Below, one piece after another: positions 9,491 to 19,971 of a DNA stretch of 57,916 nt (positions within the stretch are counted from its first letter, which is position 1; each line of letters begins with the position of its first letter). The notes below the pieces were generated by a model. The model was not told where the DNA came from. It did not search any database and saw only the letters and a program-made list of their open reading frames with translations. Both the position numbers and the translations under genes were made by a program. The stretch covers positions 1 through 57,916 of the forward strand of contig JAZDJN010000058.1 in NCBI GenBank assembly GCA_043803945.1, read 5' to 3'. Source of the stretch: a bacterium (GTDB lineage Bacteria > Bacteroidota > Ignavibacteria > UBA10030).

Positions 9491-10831
9491 TTATTTTTTT
9501 ATCTGTTGGTACTTCTCAGTGTATTTTTCAAAAAGCTGTTTGTGCTTGTCACGCAGATCAATTTTCTTCCCCTGAATGAATTCCATAAGAGTATGAGTCG
9601 GTGGCAACAGAGGATCGCCATCCGTCACAATAAGGGTCGCATCCTTTCCAACTGCAAGTGACCCAAGTCGATCACCCAGACCCAAAATCTGCGCAGCGTA
9701 GAGCGTCACTGCTTTGAGTCCTTCACCCTGCGGCAGTCCGTAGGCAACAGCATTTGCTGCATGGTAGGGGACATTCCGGGAATTCGATGGGCTTCCATCA
9801 CCCGCTATTGCAAAGCGGATACCAGCTTTGTTCAATGTTGCCGCCAGGGAAAATACCTGATCGTATGCCTCCCAATCCCGCGACGGACCAGCCTGAACTC
9901 CGGTGATAATAACCGGAATATTCTTCGCCTGAAGTTGTTCAGTCACACGCCATCCTTCCCGCCCGCCGACAAGGATCATCTTCAAACCTTCCCGGTCACA
10001 CCAGGCAATCGCCGACTGAATTTGCGTCGCTGAATTTGCCCTCACGAGAAGAGGTACTGTTCCCTCCAGTACAGGAATCATTGCCTGCAATCGAAGATCG
10101 ATGTTGTGGTACGGAACATTTTGTTCCCGTTCGGCTTTCTTCGCGAGAGCGTAAGCACGAGCCGAGGCAATAAATGCATTCAATGGTTTCAGAGGATCCT
10201 CACGGGTTGCCTGGGTCTCCTCTGTTTGTGCAACTGGAACACCGCCGCGTCTCCCTCGTTCTGTATCTCCTGGCCAATTAATGACAAGCCCAAGCTGACT
10301 CTTGTAGGTAAGGTCTTCCCACGTCCAACCATCCAGTTCAATAGCTGCTGCCATACCGGAGATGAGGCCGCCGCTTGGCACCGTTACTGCGACCGTAATT
10401 CCATTTGACCGCGCTACAGGAATCATTTCGCTCTCTGCATTCAGAGCATACTCAACGCGGATATTCGGATTAAGATTAGATGCCCCTTCGCTCTGGTCAT
10501 TACTGCCAGGGACTGTACCTATCTCGGTCAATCCGATAGAATTCCATGAATCGATTAATCCCGGATAGACAGACTTACCATTGACGGAAATTTTTTCAGT
10601 ACCGGGGGGTAACGTTGGATTTTGACCAAGTGCGACGATTTTCCCTTTATCAAACACGATGGTGCCATTGAGAATCACCGCGCCGCTGACAGTGTAGATG
10701 GTTCCGCCCACCAGGGCAATTGGATGTTTTTGTTTCGGTGCAGGAACCGGATCAGATCCAAGCGCCATCTCAGAGGATGCGATAATCAACACCATCAGAC
10801 TAAGCGTGCAGAGGTTCGTATTAGTTTTCAT
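9491..10831 (-). CDS. Secreted amidohydrolase-superfamily protein (imidazolonepropionase-like fold)
   Basis: Signal peptide; VYPGLID and GSLAVGKDATLIV motifs. The HxH metal motif is replaced by SWN. Overlaps the stop of the upstream gene. Confidence 0.85.
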   Translation of the reverse strand: MKTNTNLCTLSLMVLIIASSEMALGSDPVPAPKQKHPIALVGGTIYTVSGAVILNGTIVFDKGKIVALGQNPTLPPGTEKISVNGKSVYPGLIDSWNSIGLTEIGTVPGSNDQSEGASNLNPNIRVEYALNAESEMIPVARSNGITVAVTVPSGGLISGMAAAIELDGWTWEDLTYKSQLGLVINWPGDTERGRRGGVPVAQTEETQATREDPLKPLNAFIASARAYALAKKAEREQNVPYHNIDLRLQAMIPVLEGTVPLLVRANSATQIQSAIAWCDREGLKMILVGGREGWRVTEQLQAKNIPVIITGVQAGPSRDWEAYDQVFSLAATLNKAGIRFAIAGDGSPSNSRNVPYHAANAVAYGLPQGEGLKAVTLYAAQILGLGDRLGSLAVGKDATLIVTDGDPLLPPTHTLMEFIQGKKIDLRDKHKQLFEKYTEKYQQIKK

Positions 10832-13800
10832 TGAAAGTATCCTCCATAAGAGATTGCGAACCTTGATCATTCGGACGCCTGAAACGAGTCGGAGCTCCGT
10901 CCGCAGGTGTGATTCCTGGCCGATCCCGTTTACTGACGATCACTTTTTGAATCAACGCAGCACGCTCTTTCTGAATCTGTTCACGCAGTTGTTTGTCCTC
11001 CTGGAGATCGAAAAATTTACGGCCATCAACCCATGTCTGTTCGCATTTGGAATAGACCGATAGCGGATTGCCGCTCCAGATAACGAAATCGGCATCTTTC
11101 CCCGATTCGAGTGATCCCATTTTATCGCCTACTCCAAGTTGTTTTGCCGCGTTGATCGTGACGAACTTGAATGCCTCTTCCTCAGAGAGCCCAAACTTGA
11201 CGGCCTTCGCACATTCCCAATTCAAACGAGAGGCGAGCTGGTTGTTATCTGAATTATAGGAAACAGAGACACCCTGTGAATGCATCAACGGCCCGCTTCC
11301 AATGATCGCATCCCATACCTCCATCTTGTAAGCCCACCAATCACTGAACGATGCTCCAGCCGCACCATGCTTTGCCATCACATCCGCGATCTTGTATCCT
11401 TCGAGTGCATGCTCAAAGCTGGCGATGCGAAATCCATATTCCTCAGCCACCCGCATCAACATCAACATTTCATCAGCACGATAGCCGTGAGCATGGACCA
11501 ACCGCTTTCCTTTTACCACTTCGAGCATCGGTTCAAGTTCCAGATCTCTCCGCGGTGGAATCTTCGTCTTGTCCTTCTCCCACACTTTCCATTCACGCTC
11601 ATAGTCGAGCGCTGCGTCATACCGGTCGCGAATAATCTCTTCTACTCCCATTCGGGTTTGGGGATATCGGGGAGCCGTCGTTCGGCCGAACGATTGTGCA
11701 CTGCTCTGCTTCACATTTTCTCCGAGGGCGAATTTGATACCCAGCGGAGCACCCTGAATGAGGAGGTCGTCAGCCGTTGCTCCCCATCGCCACTTCACTT
11801 TGACGTCAAGCGCACCGATAGGATTCGCCGAACCATGAAGCACATGCGCAGCCGTAGTCCCACCTGCAAGCTGCCGGTAGATCCAGATGTCCGTTGGATC
11901 GAGGACATCTTCAACACGTGTTTCTGCAGTGATAGCCTGGCCTCCTTCATTGACACCGCCGGAGACTGCCGTATGCGAATGTGTATCGATAATACCTGGA
12001 GAAACATGCTTGCCCGCTGCATCGATGATAAGAGCATCCTTCGGTGCAGTAATGTTGTTACCGACCTGTGATATTTTTCCCTTGCTGATAAGAAGATCGG
12101 CCCCTTCCATTTTTCCTTGTTTCCCCTGCGTCCAGATGGTGGCATTCTTCACCAGAACGAGTTGAGGTTGTTCGGGGAGCTTTGCACGACCGAATCCACC
12201 TGCGGGATAGACATCGGGAAACGATGCCATTTCAACTTGTTTAGGTTTGGTTGTATCGGCTTCCTCTTTGAAAGATTCTTTTCGCGTGCCCTGTAAAGAA
12301 AATACGGCGCCGGTGGGAAGTTCACCGGTTCCAAATAATTCTTTTTCGCTGACAACTCCCGAGAGCCGAACCGTTCCGGGAAACCCAAGTGAGTCCCCTG
12401 CCATAGAGGCCGTAAGCCTGCCATTAGTGAATGCCGCTGTCGCAAGGCGCAATGTGCGTTCACGGAGCTGCAGCGTTCCGGTCAGGCGTTCAATTTCACC
12501 TCGTAATCGTAACGATCCTTCTGCCGGTCCGAGACTGCCTTTCAGAGCAAGTGTCCATTCTCCTCGCGGATCGATCGATGATGGCACTTTTATCTCGTAA
12601 CGCTTCCCTTCAATCCATACCTCACGAAGTTTTGTCTTTTCGGCAAAGAGATCTCCATCAGCGATGATGAAGTTTGCCGCTTTTCCTGCTTCGATTGAAC
12701 CGTATTGTTTTTCGATTCCGAGGATTTTCGCTGGCGTGAGTGTTACTGCCATCAATGCGGCATCGGCAGGCAAGCCGCGTTCTATCGTCTTTCGCATCTG
12801 TGCAAGAAACGTAGCGGCATCCCTCAGTTGTGCACTCGTCAGAGCGATGGTTACTCCAATCTTGTTCAACTTGCCGGCATTCTCCGGTGCAGCATCCCAG
12901 TGACGAAGATCTTCCAATGAAATGTTCAATGCATCCTCCGGTGTTTCTACCGTTGGAGATTCGGGGTAATTGAGAGGAACAATGACAGGTACTCCTGAAT
13001 TCTTCACGGCGTTAAGCGCCAGATATTCTTTGCCGCTGCCGCGGATGCAAAGGTTCAGCGCAAATTCTTTTCCGATTTTTACCGCCCGCAAGAAGTTTAA
13101 TTCGTCCGATGCCTCCATCATAATCCATTGCTTTTTCTGAAGGGCATCTGAGAGTAAAGCCAATGCGGTATTCACCTCGGGGTGTTTCTGGCCAGCAGGA
13201 TTTTTCGCGTACGCGTCCTGCGCTTTCTTATACCAATCGGCATCGAGCCAGGTCTGCCGAATCATGGCTAAGGCTCCCATCAGCGAATTGGGATAGCCGC
13301 TGAAGCCGCCCGTTTCAAAACTAACATGCTGCATAACATTTTGTTTGAGCACAACATCGTTGCCACTACCATCGCCAAGATTTGCCAGAATACTTCCACC
13401 CCGGAAGAGACCGCGTTGTGGCACGACAAGCACTTGGGTAAATCCCTGAGACCGGAGCTTTTCAGCAGTCTTTGAATCAACCTGAAAATCATCTGCCGTT
13501 GAATAATCAGCACGTACTTTGGCATTCCAGTGTGCCGCCCCCTTTAGTGGAGTCTGTTGCTGTGATTGCTGCTGCATAAATTCCGTTGGGGAAGCAACTG
13601 CCGATGCTTGCTGCGGCTGCGGCAAACCATAATTAGTGGAGAGATCAATGAGTCCGGGATACAGGGTTAATCCTTTCACGTCCCATATCCGGGCATCGGC
13701 CGGAAGAGAAATCTTTTCTCCTACGGCCTCGATGATACCGTTGCGAATGAGAAGTGTTCCCTGGCTAATTGCTTTCCCCGGGCTGATGATGATTTTTGCA

Positions 13801-13922
13801 TTGATAAAAGCATGGGCAGCAGGAGCGTTGTCACGCAAACCTGTCGTGGGTGCAGTCTGTGCAAACGCACAAGTGCAGACAACGGCAAGGAGAATAATGA
13901 GAGTATACCAGCGTATCGCCAT
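10821..13922 (-). CDS. Secreted tandem-domain amidohydrolase
   Basis: GGAGG RBS before ATG 13922; signal peptide; two amidohydrolase domains (YPGLIDLST..GSIEAGKAAN and SPGIIDTHSH..KFALGEN..GSLESGKDADF). Confidence 0.88.
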   Translation of the reverse strand: MAIRWYTLIILLAVVCTCAFAQTAPTTGLRDNAPAAHAFINAKIIISPGKAISQGTLLIRNGIIEAVGEKISLPADARIWDVKGLTLYPGLIDLSTNYGLPQPQQASAVASPTEFMQQQSQQQTPLKGAAHWNAKVRADYSTADDFQVDSKTAEKLRSQGFTQVLVVPQRGLFRGGSILANLGDGSGNDVVLKQNVMQHVSFETGGFSGYPNSLMGALAMIRQTWLDADWYKKAQDAYAKNPAGQKHPEVNTALALLSDALQKKQWIMMEASDELNFLRAVKIGKEFALNLCIRGSGKEYLALNAVKNSGVPVIVPLNYPESPTVETPEDALNISLEDLRHWDAAPENAGKLNKIGVTIALTSAQLRDAATFLAQMRKTIERGLPADAALMAVTLTPAKILGIEKQYGSIEAGKAANFIIADGDLFAEKTKLREVWIEGKRYEIKVPSSIDPRGEWTLALKGSLGPAEGSLRLRGEIERLTGTLQLRERTLRLATAAFTNGRLTASMAGDSLGFPGTVRLSGVVSEKELFGTGELPTGAVFSLQGTRKESFKEEADTTKPKQVEMASFPDVYPAGGFGRAKLPEQPQLVLVKNATIWTQGKQGKMEGADLLISKGKISQVGNNITAPKDALIIDAAGKHVSPGIIDTHSHTAVSGGVNEGGQAITAETRVEDVLDPTDIWIYRQLAGGTTAAHVLHGSANPIGALDVKVKWRWGATADDLLIQGAPLGIKFALGENVKQSSAQSFGRTTAPRYPQTRMGVEEIIRDRYDAALDYEREWKVWEKDKTKIPPRRDLELEPMLEVVKGKRLVHAHGYRADEMLMLMRVAEEYGFRIASFEHALEGYKIADVMAKHGAAGASFSDWWAYKMEVWDAIIGSGPLMHSQGVSVSYNSDNNQLASRLNWECAKAVKFGLSEEEAFKFVTINAAKQLGVGDKMGSLESGKDADFVIWSGNPLSVYSKCEQTWVDGRKFFDLQEDKQLREQIQKERAALIQKVIVSKRDRPGITPADGAPTRFRRPNDQGSQSLMEDTFNEN

Positions 13923-14128
13923 AGGTTCCTCCATTGAATGAGTGTATTGATGAGATGGGTGATGTGAGAGTATGTGTTTCAAACTTGAGAAGATTGCTCA
14001 TTGGAAAAAGTACTGAAGTTGCGCGAAGTCAATATTAAAACTGCTGAGATACGAACGGAAATCCCGGAAAAAAGTTTCTCCACCGGAGTCTGGATCGTTC
14101 CATTATGCTTGAAGCGTTGATGGCTCTT

Positions 14129-14204
14129 GTGAACTATCACCGCCACAGGCGATGGCTTCCAAAAAGCAAAAAGTCATTCCGTGATGCTTCTACACGGAAT
14201 CCAG
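14129..14204. repeat. Two adjacent REP-like/IS200-end-like hairpins
   Basis: GTGAACTATCACCGCCACAGGCGATGGCTTCC (14129-14160) and GTCATTCCGTG-N-CACGGAATCCAG (14173-14204). The second is related to the hairpin at ~51674. Confidence 0.5.
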
Positions 14205-14293
14205 ACCAATGGTCTATATTTGAATTTCGAATCTCTACAACCAAATAAAACAGTTAATGGGAATCGATTTACCGGCAAAGCCCTTTGTACATA

Positions 14294-14328
14294 ACCACCT
14301 TCAGAGACGGTGGGTTTCTATGCCTTAC
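14294..14328. repeat. 35-bp dispersed hairpin repeat, copy 1
   Basis: ACCACCTTCAGAGACGGTGGGTTTCTATGCCTTAC; 33/35 identical to 22099-22133. Confidence 0.85.
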
Positions 14329-14396
14329 TAAACAACCGAGTCAGAGCGAGACTTTCAAACAGGGTCCTGCCGTGGAGATAACAGCCAGTTACAGAG

Positions 14397-14864
14397 TTAA
14401 TGCTTCAGCACAAAATCCACTTCATACATATCATATCGTGCCTGATGCATGCCAAGTTTTTCATAGGCCGATTTTGCGCGCGTATTCGATGACTCAACGT
14501 AAAGCCGAATGCCGCTGACATCTCCCCGAGTGCGTGCGATGGTGTGGATGTGCTTGTAGAGCATCGAATAAATCCCCTTACTTCTGGATGCCGGATCGAC
14601 ATAGACACTTTGAATCCACCAGAAGTTGCCGTTGCGCCAATCGCTCCACTCATAGGTAATCATGAGTTGGCCTACTACTTTGCCTTCCGATTCGGCGATA
14701 AAATAGAGGCCTTTCGATTCATCTTCCAGGATGGCACGCACACCGCGTGTAAGCCTTTCTCTGTCGAGCTGAACATGCTCTGTCTCTTCAGCCATTCGGG
14801 CATTCCCCTCGGTAATCGACACCACATCGGAAGGAAGTCCACGGCGAATTAGAACATCCATCAT
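14397..14864 (-). CDS. GNAT family N-acetyltransferase
   Basis: EWSDWRNGNFWWIQSVYV, RSKGIYSMLY (AcCoA motif A) and N..AKSAYEKLG. Confidence 0.92.
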   Translation of the reverse strand: MMDVLIRRGLPSDVVSITEGNARMAEETEHVQLDRERLTRGVRAILEDESKGLYFIAESEGKVVGQLMITYEWSDWRNGNFWWIQSVYVDPASRSKGIYSMLYKHIHTIARTRGDVSGIRLYVESSNTRAKSAYEKLGMHQARYDMYEVDFVLKH

Positions 14865-14891
14865 TTAAAAGTCCTTTCAGTTTTTCTCTTC

Positions 14892-15419
14892 TTATTTCCA
14901 CCCCATACGATCGCGTAACGCAGCAATATGGGCAGCATGATGGCGGCCATGCCAGGCATATAATTGAATGAGTCGGTCAATCGTCATATCGCCATTTTCA
15001 GGATGATACACTGTACGCTGGAAGGAGGATTCAGGCAACGAGCGAAGCAGGAACACCAAACGCTTATGCACTGCTTCGATTATCGTCAGTGAGAGATCGA
15101 CGGGAGCGCTTTTTGAGTCTTCCAGCTCCGACCAAAGCTGCTGTTTGTAGGGTTTGATAGTTGGATGGTCTTCAGTAAGTGCTAGACGAATCCGAATAAC
15201 CATATTCATGTGACTATCGGCAATGTGATGTACGACCTGACGTACAGTCCAACCTTCAGGCCGGTATGGTGTATCCAGATGAGCATCGGTCAATCCCTGG
15301 GTTGCAGCGATGAACAACTGAGGAGCATCGGCAAGCTGCCCTATGAGTGTCTGACGTTCTGCGCTTGTTAACTCAGGCTTTGCCTGAAATTTTCCAATAG
15401 GAAATTGAAGATCTGTCAT
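14892..15419 (-). CDS. yfiT: YfiT/BstA-like DinB-superfamily metal-dependent (bacillithiol) transferase
   Basis: LQFPIGKF, TPYRPEGWTVRQVVHHIADSH and YAWHGRHHAAHI motifs. Confidence 0.88.
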   Translation of the reverse strand: MTDLQFPIGKFQAKPELTSAERQTLIGQLADAPQLFIAATQGLTDAHLDTPYRPEGWTVRQVVHHIADSHMNMVIRIRLALTEDHPTIKPYKQQLWSELEDSKSAPVDLSLTIIEAVHKRLVFLLRSLPESSFQRTVYHPENGDMTIDRLIQLYAWHGRHHAAHIAALRDRMGWK

Positions 15420-15484
15420 CGAGCGTTCCTCCAACACGTTATAGTATGAATAATAAAATGCGAAAATGAACTCAAGAATACGGA

Positions 15485-17344
15485 TTACTTATTTTCCTTC
15501 AGGACAATAATTTTTCCGTTGAGATCAGCCACAAGAATTCTTCCATCATCCAAAGGTACTGGAGTATGCACAATGGTTTCGCTGATGCGATGTTGCCACA
15601 ACACCGTACCGTTCATCGCATCCAGGGCAATGACAAGGCCATTCTTCGTTCCGAAATACACTCTGCCGTTCCGCTCAACCGGCATTGATGGATCGATATC
15701 ATATCCATATTCACAGTTGGCGATCCACAAGGGCTTGAATACCGAATCAGTGGAAGCAAACGCAATGACTGTATCGGTCATACAGCGCGCATAGACGCGC
15801 GAGCCATCCTGTGAGAGTCCGATCGTCTCTCGCACTTGAAACCGTTTTGTCCGCCAAACTACTGCTCCGCTCCTCACATCGATTGCTGTGAGATATCTGT
15901 CTGGTGCCGCAATGAACACTTTGCTATTTGAAGCGACAGGCCAGCAAGCGGCGGGCGAGTATAGAATTCCCGTATTTCCATTCATCCATTTCCATACAAG
16001 CGATCCGGTCTTTTTATCAAGTGCATAAAAATATGTGTCCCACGCGCCGGCAAGAACAAGATTCCCATAGAGGAATGGCCGTGTCTCAACAAAACCATTC
16101 AACACGGAAAACTGCCAGACCGTCTTGCCACTATTCAAATTCAGTGCCCGGAACGATCGATCGCTGGCACCGATATAAACCGTACCCTGTTCAATCTTCG
16201 CAGCAGCCACGACGGGCATCGCCGTCTTCACTTTCCAAAGCAAGCGGCCATCGGTAATGTTCAGGCAATAAATAGTCTTATCAGAAGAGCCAACGACCAC
16301 CTTGCCATCGGAGGCATCGGGGGAAGAATATACGGAGGCACCTGTCTTGTAGCTCCAGAGCTTGCGTCCATCCTGCAATGAAAAACCATCGATAGCACCG
16401 CTGCTATTGCCAACAACGACATAGTCTTTCCACACGGCCGGTGTTGAGGCAATCGTGTAACCCGCTGCAGTGCTCCATTCCTGTTTCACCTGTTTATACT
16501 TTCCATTCATGGAAAAATCGATCGGTGATGTTGATCTTACGGCGGTAGTGCGATGCGTTGAGTTCAAAGGAATCGCGTTCCACGCAGCTTTCGTTTCGCC
16601 GCCGGGCGTTCCCTCAGAAAAGAATATCGAATCCGTTTGCAGCGTCACGATTGTATAACCACCAACTGGTTGACGGCCTCGAAGGCTGGAACGTCCCATT
16701 ACTCCGGGGATCCCCTCAAAATCCATCTTCTGATTCGAATGGCCATGACCTACGAGAACGACCTTTGTGTTCTGGGCTTTCAATCGATCGAGCACTTCGT
16801 ACCAATTGTCGATGCCGTCATCGAGGGGATAATGTGTAACAAAAATTATCTCTCTGGTTTTGCTCTCAGTCAAGATAGAGTCGAGCCATCGAAGGTCTTC
16901 CGGCGCGAAGTGTCCATCCCCCATTTTCATAATCGGCCCTTGATGCATTCCAATAAAACGAAATCCAGCAGCATCAAACACGAATCGATCCTTTTTAAAA
17001 ATTTCTGAAAAGCGGGTACACCCCGATTCCGACCATTTTGTATCATGATTGCCAGGGATGATGTAATATGGTAAACGAAGACTGTCGAGTATAGATTTTG
17101 CCAGCTCAATCTGAATATTTGTACCCATTTCGGTTATATCGCCAGAGAGAATGACGAAGTGGATGTCCCTCAAGGAATTGATGTCCTGAATAGAGAGACT
17201 AAGATCAGCGGCGCCTGTAGTTCCTCCGACATGGGTGTCGCTTAGCCAGGCGAATTTGATCGGTTTTTTTTGGGCAATGGGAGAACATAGGGGGAGAAAT
17301 AAGAGCAACAGAGAGCAAGAGCAGAGTTTCAGAATCGATTTCAT
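15485..17344 (-). CDS. Calcineurin-like metallophosphoesterase fused to PQQ-like beta-propeller (secreted)
   Basis: SDTH, SGDI, PGNHD and GHGH motifs, followed by repeated 'ALD..G...W' PQQ repeats; signal peptide. Confidence 0.88.
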   Translation of the reverse strand: MKSILKLCSCSLLLLFLPLCSPIAQKKPIKFAWLSDTHVGGTTGAADLSLSIQDINSLRDIHFVILSGDITEMGTNIQIELAKSILDSLRLPYYIIPGNHDTKWSESGCTRFSEIFKKDRFVFDAAGFRFIGMHQGPIMKMGDGHFAPEDLRWLDSILTESKTREIIFVTHYPLDDGIDNWYEVLDRLKAQNTKVVLVGHGHSNQKMDFEGIPGVMGRSSLRGRQPVGGYTIVTLQTDSIFFSEGTPGGETKAAWNAIPLNSTHRTTAVRSTSPIDFSMNGKYKQVKQEWSTAAGYTIASTPAVWKDYVVVGNSSGAIDGFSLQDGRKLWSYKTGASVYSSPDASDGKVVVGSSDKTIYCLNITDGRLLWKVKTAMPVVAAAKIEQGTVYIGASDRSFRALNLNSGKTVWQFSVLNGFVETRPFLYGNLVLAGAWDTYFYALDKKTGSLVWKWMNGNTGILYSPAACWPVASNSKVFIAAPDRYLTAIDVRSGAVVWRTKRFQVRETIGLSQDGSRVYARCMTDTVIAFASTDSVFKPLWIANCEYGYDIDPSMPVERNGRVYFGTKNGLVIALDAMNGTVLWQHRISETIVHTPVPLDDGRILVADLNGKIIVLKENK

Positions 17345-17537
17345 ATACGGGGATTTTGGAAGCTTCCAACTGATGACCAATGTTGATAGATATTGAACAG
17401 TAATGGACATTTTACTATGATGCAAGCAGAATTCTATTAGTAGTCGATGCTCGGGAAGAACGAGTGCATGAGGTAACGAACCTTATTAAACAACAAATAA
17501 ATAAATCATCACATACCATAATAGAAAGGAATTCATC

Positions 17538-18428
17538 ATGATATTTCTCATAAGCATCATTATTGCGATCGGCGGATTTGTTGCATGGCGCTCCGCATAC
17601 AAAAAAGCGACACTGGAACGAAATCAGTTTTACAGATCGACTGCTAATATTGCAGGTTTTGCCAGTTTGATTTTTGCTCTTGTCGCATTTTCACAGATGT
17701 TTACCATAGTGCCGGCAGGGAATGTCGGGGTTGTAGACTTTTTCGGCACGGTTTCGGATATGACGCTCAAAGCGGGAATAAACTTTGTCAATCCGCTTGC
17801 CCGTGTTATTAACTTCACAGTAAAGACCCAAGAACTTAAAGAGGTGATGGATGTTCCGTCAAAAGAGGGACTCACTGTTCAACTGGAGATCAGCGCTCTC
17901 TATCATCTGAATCCGGACAAGGCAGCAGAGGTCTATAAATCTATCGGTGAGAATTATCTGGAGGTCATTCTAGAGCCACAATTCCGTTCGGTCGCACGGG
18001 GTGTCACGGCAGGGTTTGAAGCAAAAGCCCTCTATACCTCTGAGCGTGAAATGCTGGCACAACTCATTTTGAAAGATATAGAAAAAATTGTCGAGGGCCG
18101 CGGCATTACCGTGGAATCGACCCCATTGAGGAAGGTTGGACTTCCAAGCGGACTTACTGCTGCAATCGAAACGAAACTCCAAGCTGAACAGGAAAGTCAA
18201 CGGATGCAATTCGTTCTCACAAAGGAGAAGCAGGAAGCCGACCGGAAAAGAATCGAGGCACAGGGTATCTCTGATTTCCAGAACATCGTCGCACGCGGCA
18301 TCAGCGAGCAGTTGCTTCGATGGAAAGGCATTGAAGCAACAGAAAAACTTGCCGCTTCCCAGAACGCAAAAATTGTCATCATCGGCGCGGGCAGGGATGG
18401 CCTTCCACTGATACTCGATACAAAATAA
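17538..18428 (+). CDS. SPFH/prohibitin (band 7) family membrane protein
   Basis: N-terminal TM segments, VPAGNVGV, SKEGL, and a coiled-coil EKQEADRKRIEAQG; GAAAGGA RBS. Confidence 0.92.
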   Translation: MIFLISIIIAIGGFVAWRSAYKKATLERNQFYRSTANIAGFASLIFALVAFSQMFTIVPAGNVGVVDFFGTVSDMTLKAGINFVNPLARVINFTVKTQELKEVMDVPSKEGLTVQLEISALYHLNPDKAAEVYKSIGENYLEVILEPQFRSVARGVTAGFEAKALYTSEREMLAQLILKDIEKIVEGRGITVESTPLRKVGLPSGLTAAIETKLQAEQESQRMQFVLTKEKQEADRKRIEAQGISDFQNIVARGISEQLLRWKGIEATEKLAASQNAKIVIIGAGRDGLPLILDTK

Positions 18429-18450
18429 TTCATCCTTTGATTCATTCGAC

Positions 18451-18494
18451 AAGCGTGTTGTGTTCCACCTGGAGCACAGCACGTTTTTTATTTT
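18451..18494 (+). terminator. Intrinsic terminator after SPFH gene
   Basis: GCGTGTTGTGTTCC-ACCT-GGAGCACAGCACGT stem followed by a T-rich tail. Confidence 0.75.
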
Positions 18495-18510
18495 CTTCGA
18501 TACTATTCCC

Positions 18511-18539
18511 TTGACACAGTGACTAAGTTTTGGTAGCGT
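18511..18539 (+). promoter_or_regulatory. Candidate sigma70 promoter for aminotransferase
   Basis: TTGACA-17 nt-TAGCGT with extended TG. Confidence 0.45.
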
Positions 18540-18663
18540 TCTCTGAACTATGATGATAATTCACTAAAGAAACATCTCTGTGAAGTGATGGCTAAAAACA
18601 ACTCCACAACAGCGATGGTGATCGAACTGTTCATTCAACTCTTCGGATGAAGGAGAAGTAAGC

Positions 18664-19941
18664 ATGAAACGGAAAGATTTTTTCAGGTACTCAGCAGCAT
18701 TCCTGGGGGCAATGTCTCTCCCCAGCGAAGTTTTCTCCGATGTCTTTACAGAACTTCCCCGGCTTTACGCCGCCAGTGATGAGGAGAAATTTTGGAAGCT
18801 AATCCGCGATCAATTCATCCTTGACCGTAACATTTCGTATCTGAACTTTGGCGGACTCGGTTCATGCCCTCTTCCGGTCATCAATAGCCTGATCGAGTGG
18901 ACCCGGAAAGAAGAAACAACCCCCAATGCGGGTCACGATGAAAAAGAATGGAATCGTGTGAAGGATCAACTCGCCTTACTCCTAGGGAAAACCTGCCGGA
19001 AAGAAGAGCTTGCCCTTATCAGCACAGCCACGGAAGGAATAAATATGATCATCAACGGGCTGCCGCTGAAACAAGGAGATGAAGTAATCACATCTACCCA
19101 TGAACATGTCGCCATTAATGTCGGACTCCTGAACCGAATGCAGCGCGATGGTATTGTCATCCGCCTGTTCGAGCCCGACCTGAAAGATGCCATGGGGAAT
19201 GTTGACCGCATTGCATCGCTGATTAATAGTCGTACACGATTGATTTTGATCTCCCACGTTACCTGCACGACCGGTCAGCGAGAACCCCTGCCTGAAATTT
19301 CAAAACTCGCTCGTGAAAAAGGCATCTGGTTTGCTGTCGATGGCGCACAAGCCCCTGTCTGTGTTCCATTTGATATCGTTGAGTGCGGAGCAGACTTTTA
19401 TACCGCAAGCACCCATAAGTGGGTTATGGGTCCCAAGCGCACCGGATTTCTCTATGTTCGAAAGGGCATGCTCGATACACTTCGCCCAATCACCGTAGGA
19501 GCTTACAGCTCAGAGAAAGATAGCATCAGAACGAATGAGCTGGTACTTCATCCCAATGCACAGCGGTATGAATACGGTACTCAAAACGATGCGCTCTTCT
19601 TCGCTCTTGGTACGGCACTCGATTTCGTTCACACCATCGGACCGGATCGCATCTGGAAACATAACCATGCCTTAGCCCAACGGTTTTATGAAGGCTTGAA
19701 GGACATTCCAGGTACAGACATAGTGTCTCCGGAGGAGGAGGATTACCGATCGTCGATGATCTCCTTCAGAATGAAGAACATCGAATACGCAAAGGTAAAT
19801 GAACATCTCTCGAAGGACAAACTGCGTATCCGAACGGTGACAGAGGGAGGCGTCAATTGTATCCGGGTGTCATTTCACATCTGCAATGACGATGAGGATG
19901 TAACAAAGATTTTGAACTCAGTGAAAATCCTGGCAGGGTAA
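18664..19941 (+). CDS. Class V PLP-dependent aminotransferase (isopenicillin-N-epimerase/cysteine desulfurase-like) with Tat-like leader
   Basis: VDGAQ, STHKWVMGP (PLP Lys) and RVSFH motifs; N-terminus MKRKDFF. Confidence 0.88.
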   Translation: MKRKDFFRYSAAFLGAMSLPSEVFSDVFTELPRLYAASDEEKFWKLIRDQFILDRNISYLNFGGLGSCPLPVINSLIEWTRKEETTPNAGHDEKEWNRVKDQLALLLGKTCRKEELALISTATEGINMIINGLPLKQGDEVITSTHEHVAINVGLLNRMQRDGIVIRLFEPDLKDAMGNVDRIASLINSRTRLILISHVTCTTGQREPLPEISKLAREKGIWFAVDGAQAPVCVPFDIVECGADFYTASTHKWVMGPKRTGFLYVRKGMLDTLRPITVGAYSSEKDSIRTNELVLHPNAQRYEYGTQNDALFFALGTALDFVHTIGPDRIWKHNHALAQRFYEGLKDIPGTDIVSPEEEDYRSSMISFRMKNIEYAKVNEHLSKDKLRIRTVTEGGVNCIRVSFHICNDDEDVTKILNSVKILAG

Positions 19942-19971
19942 AGGACGAGAAGAGAAACGCTCCGAGGACTA

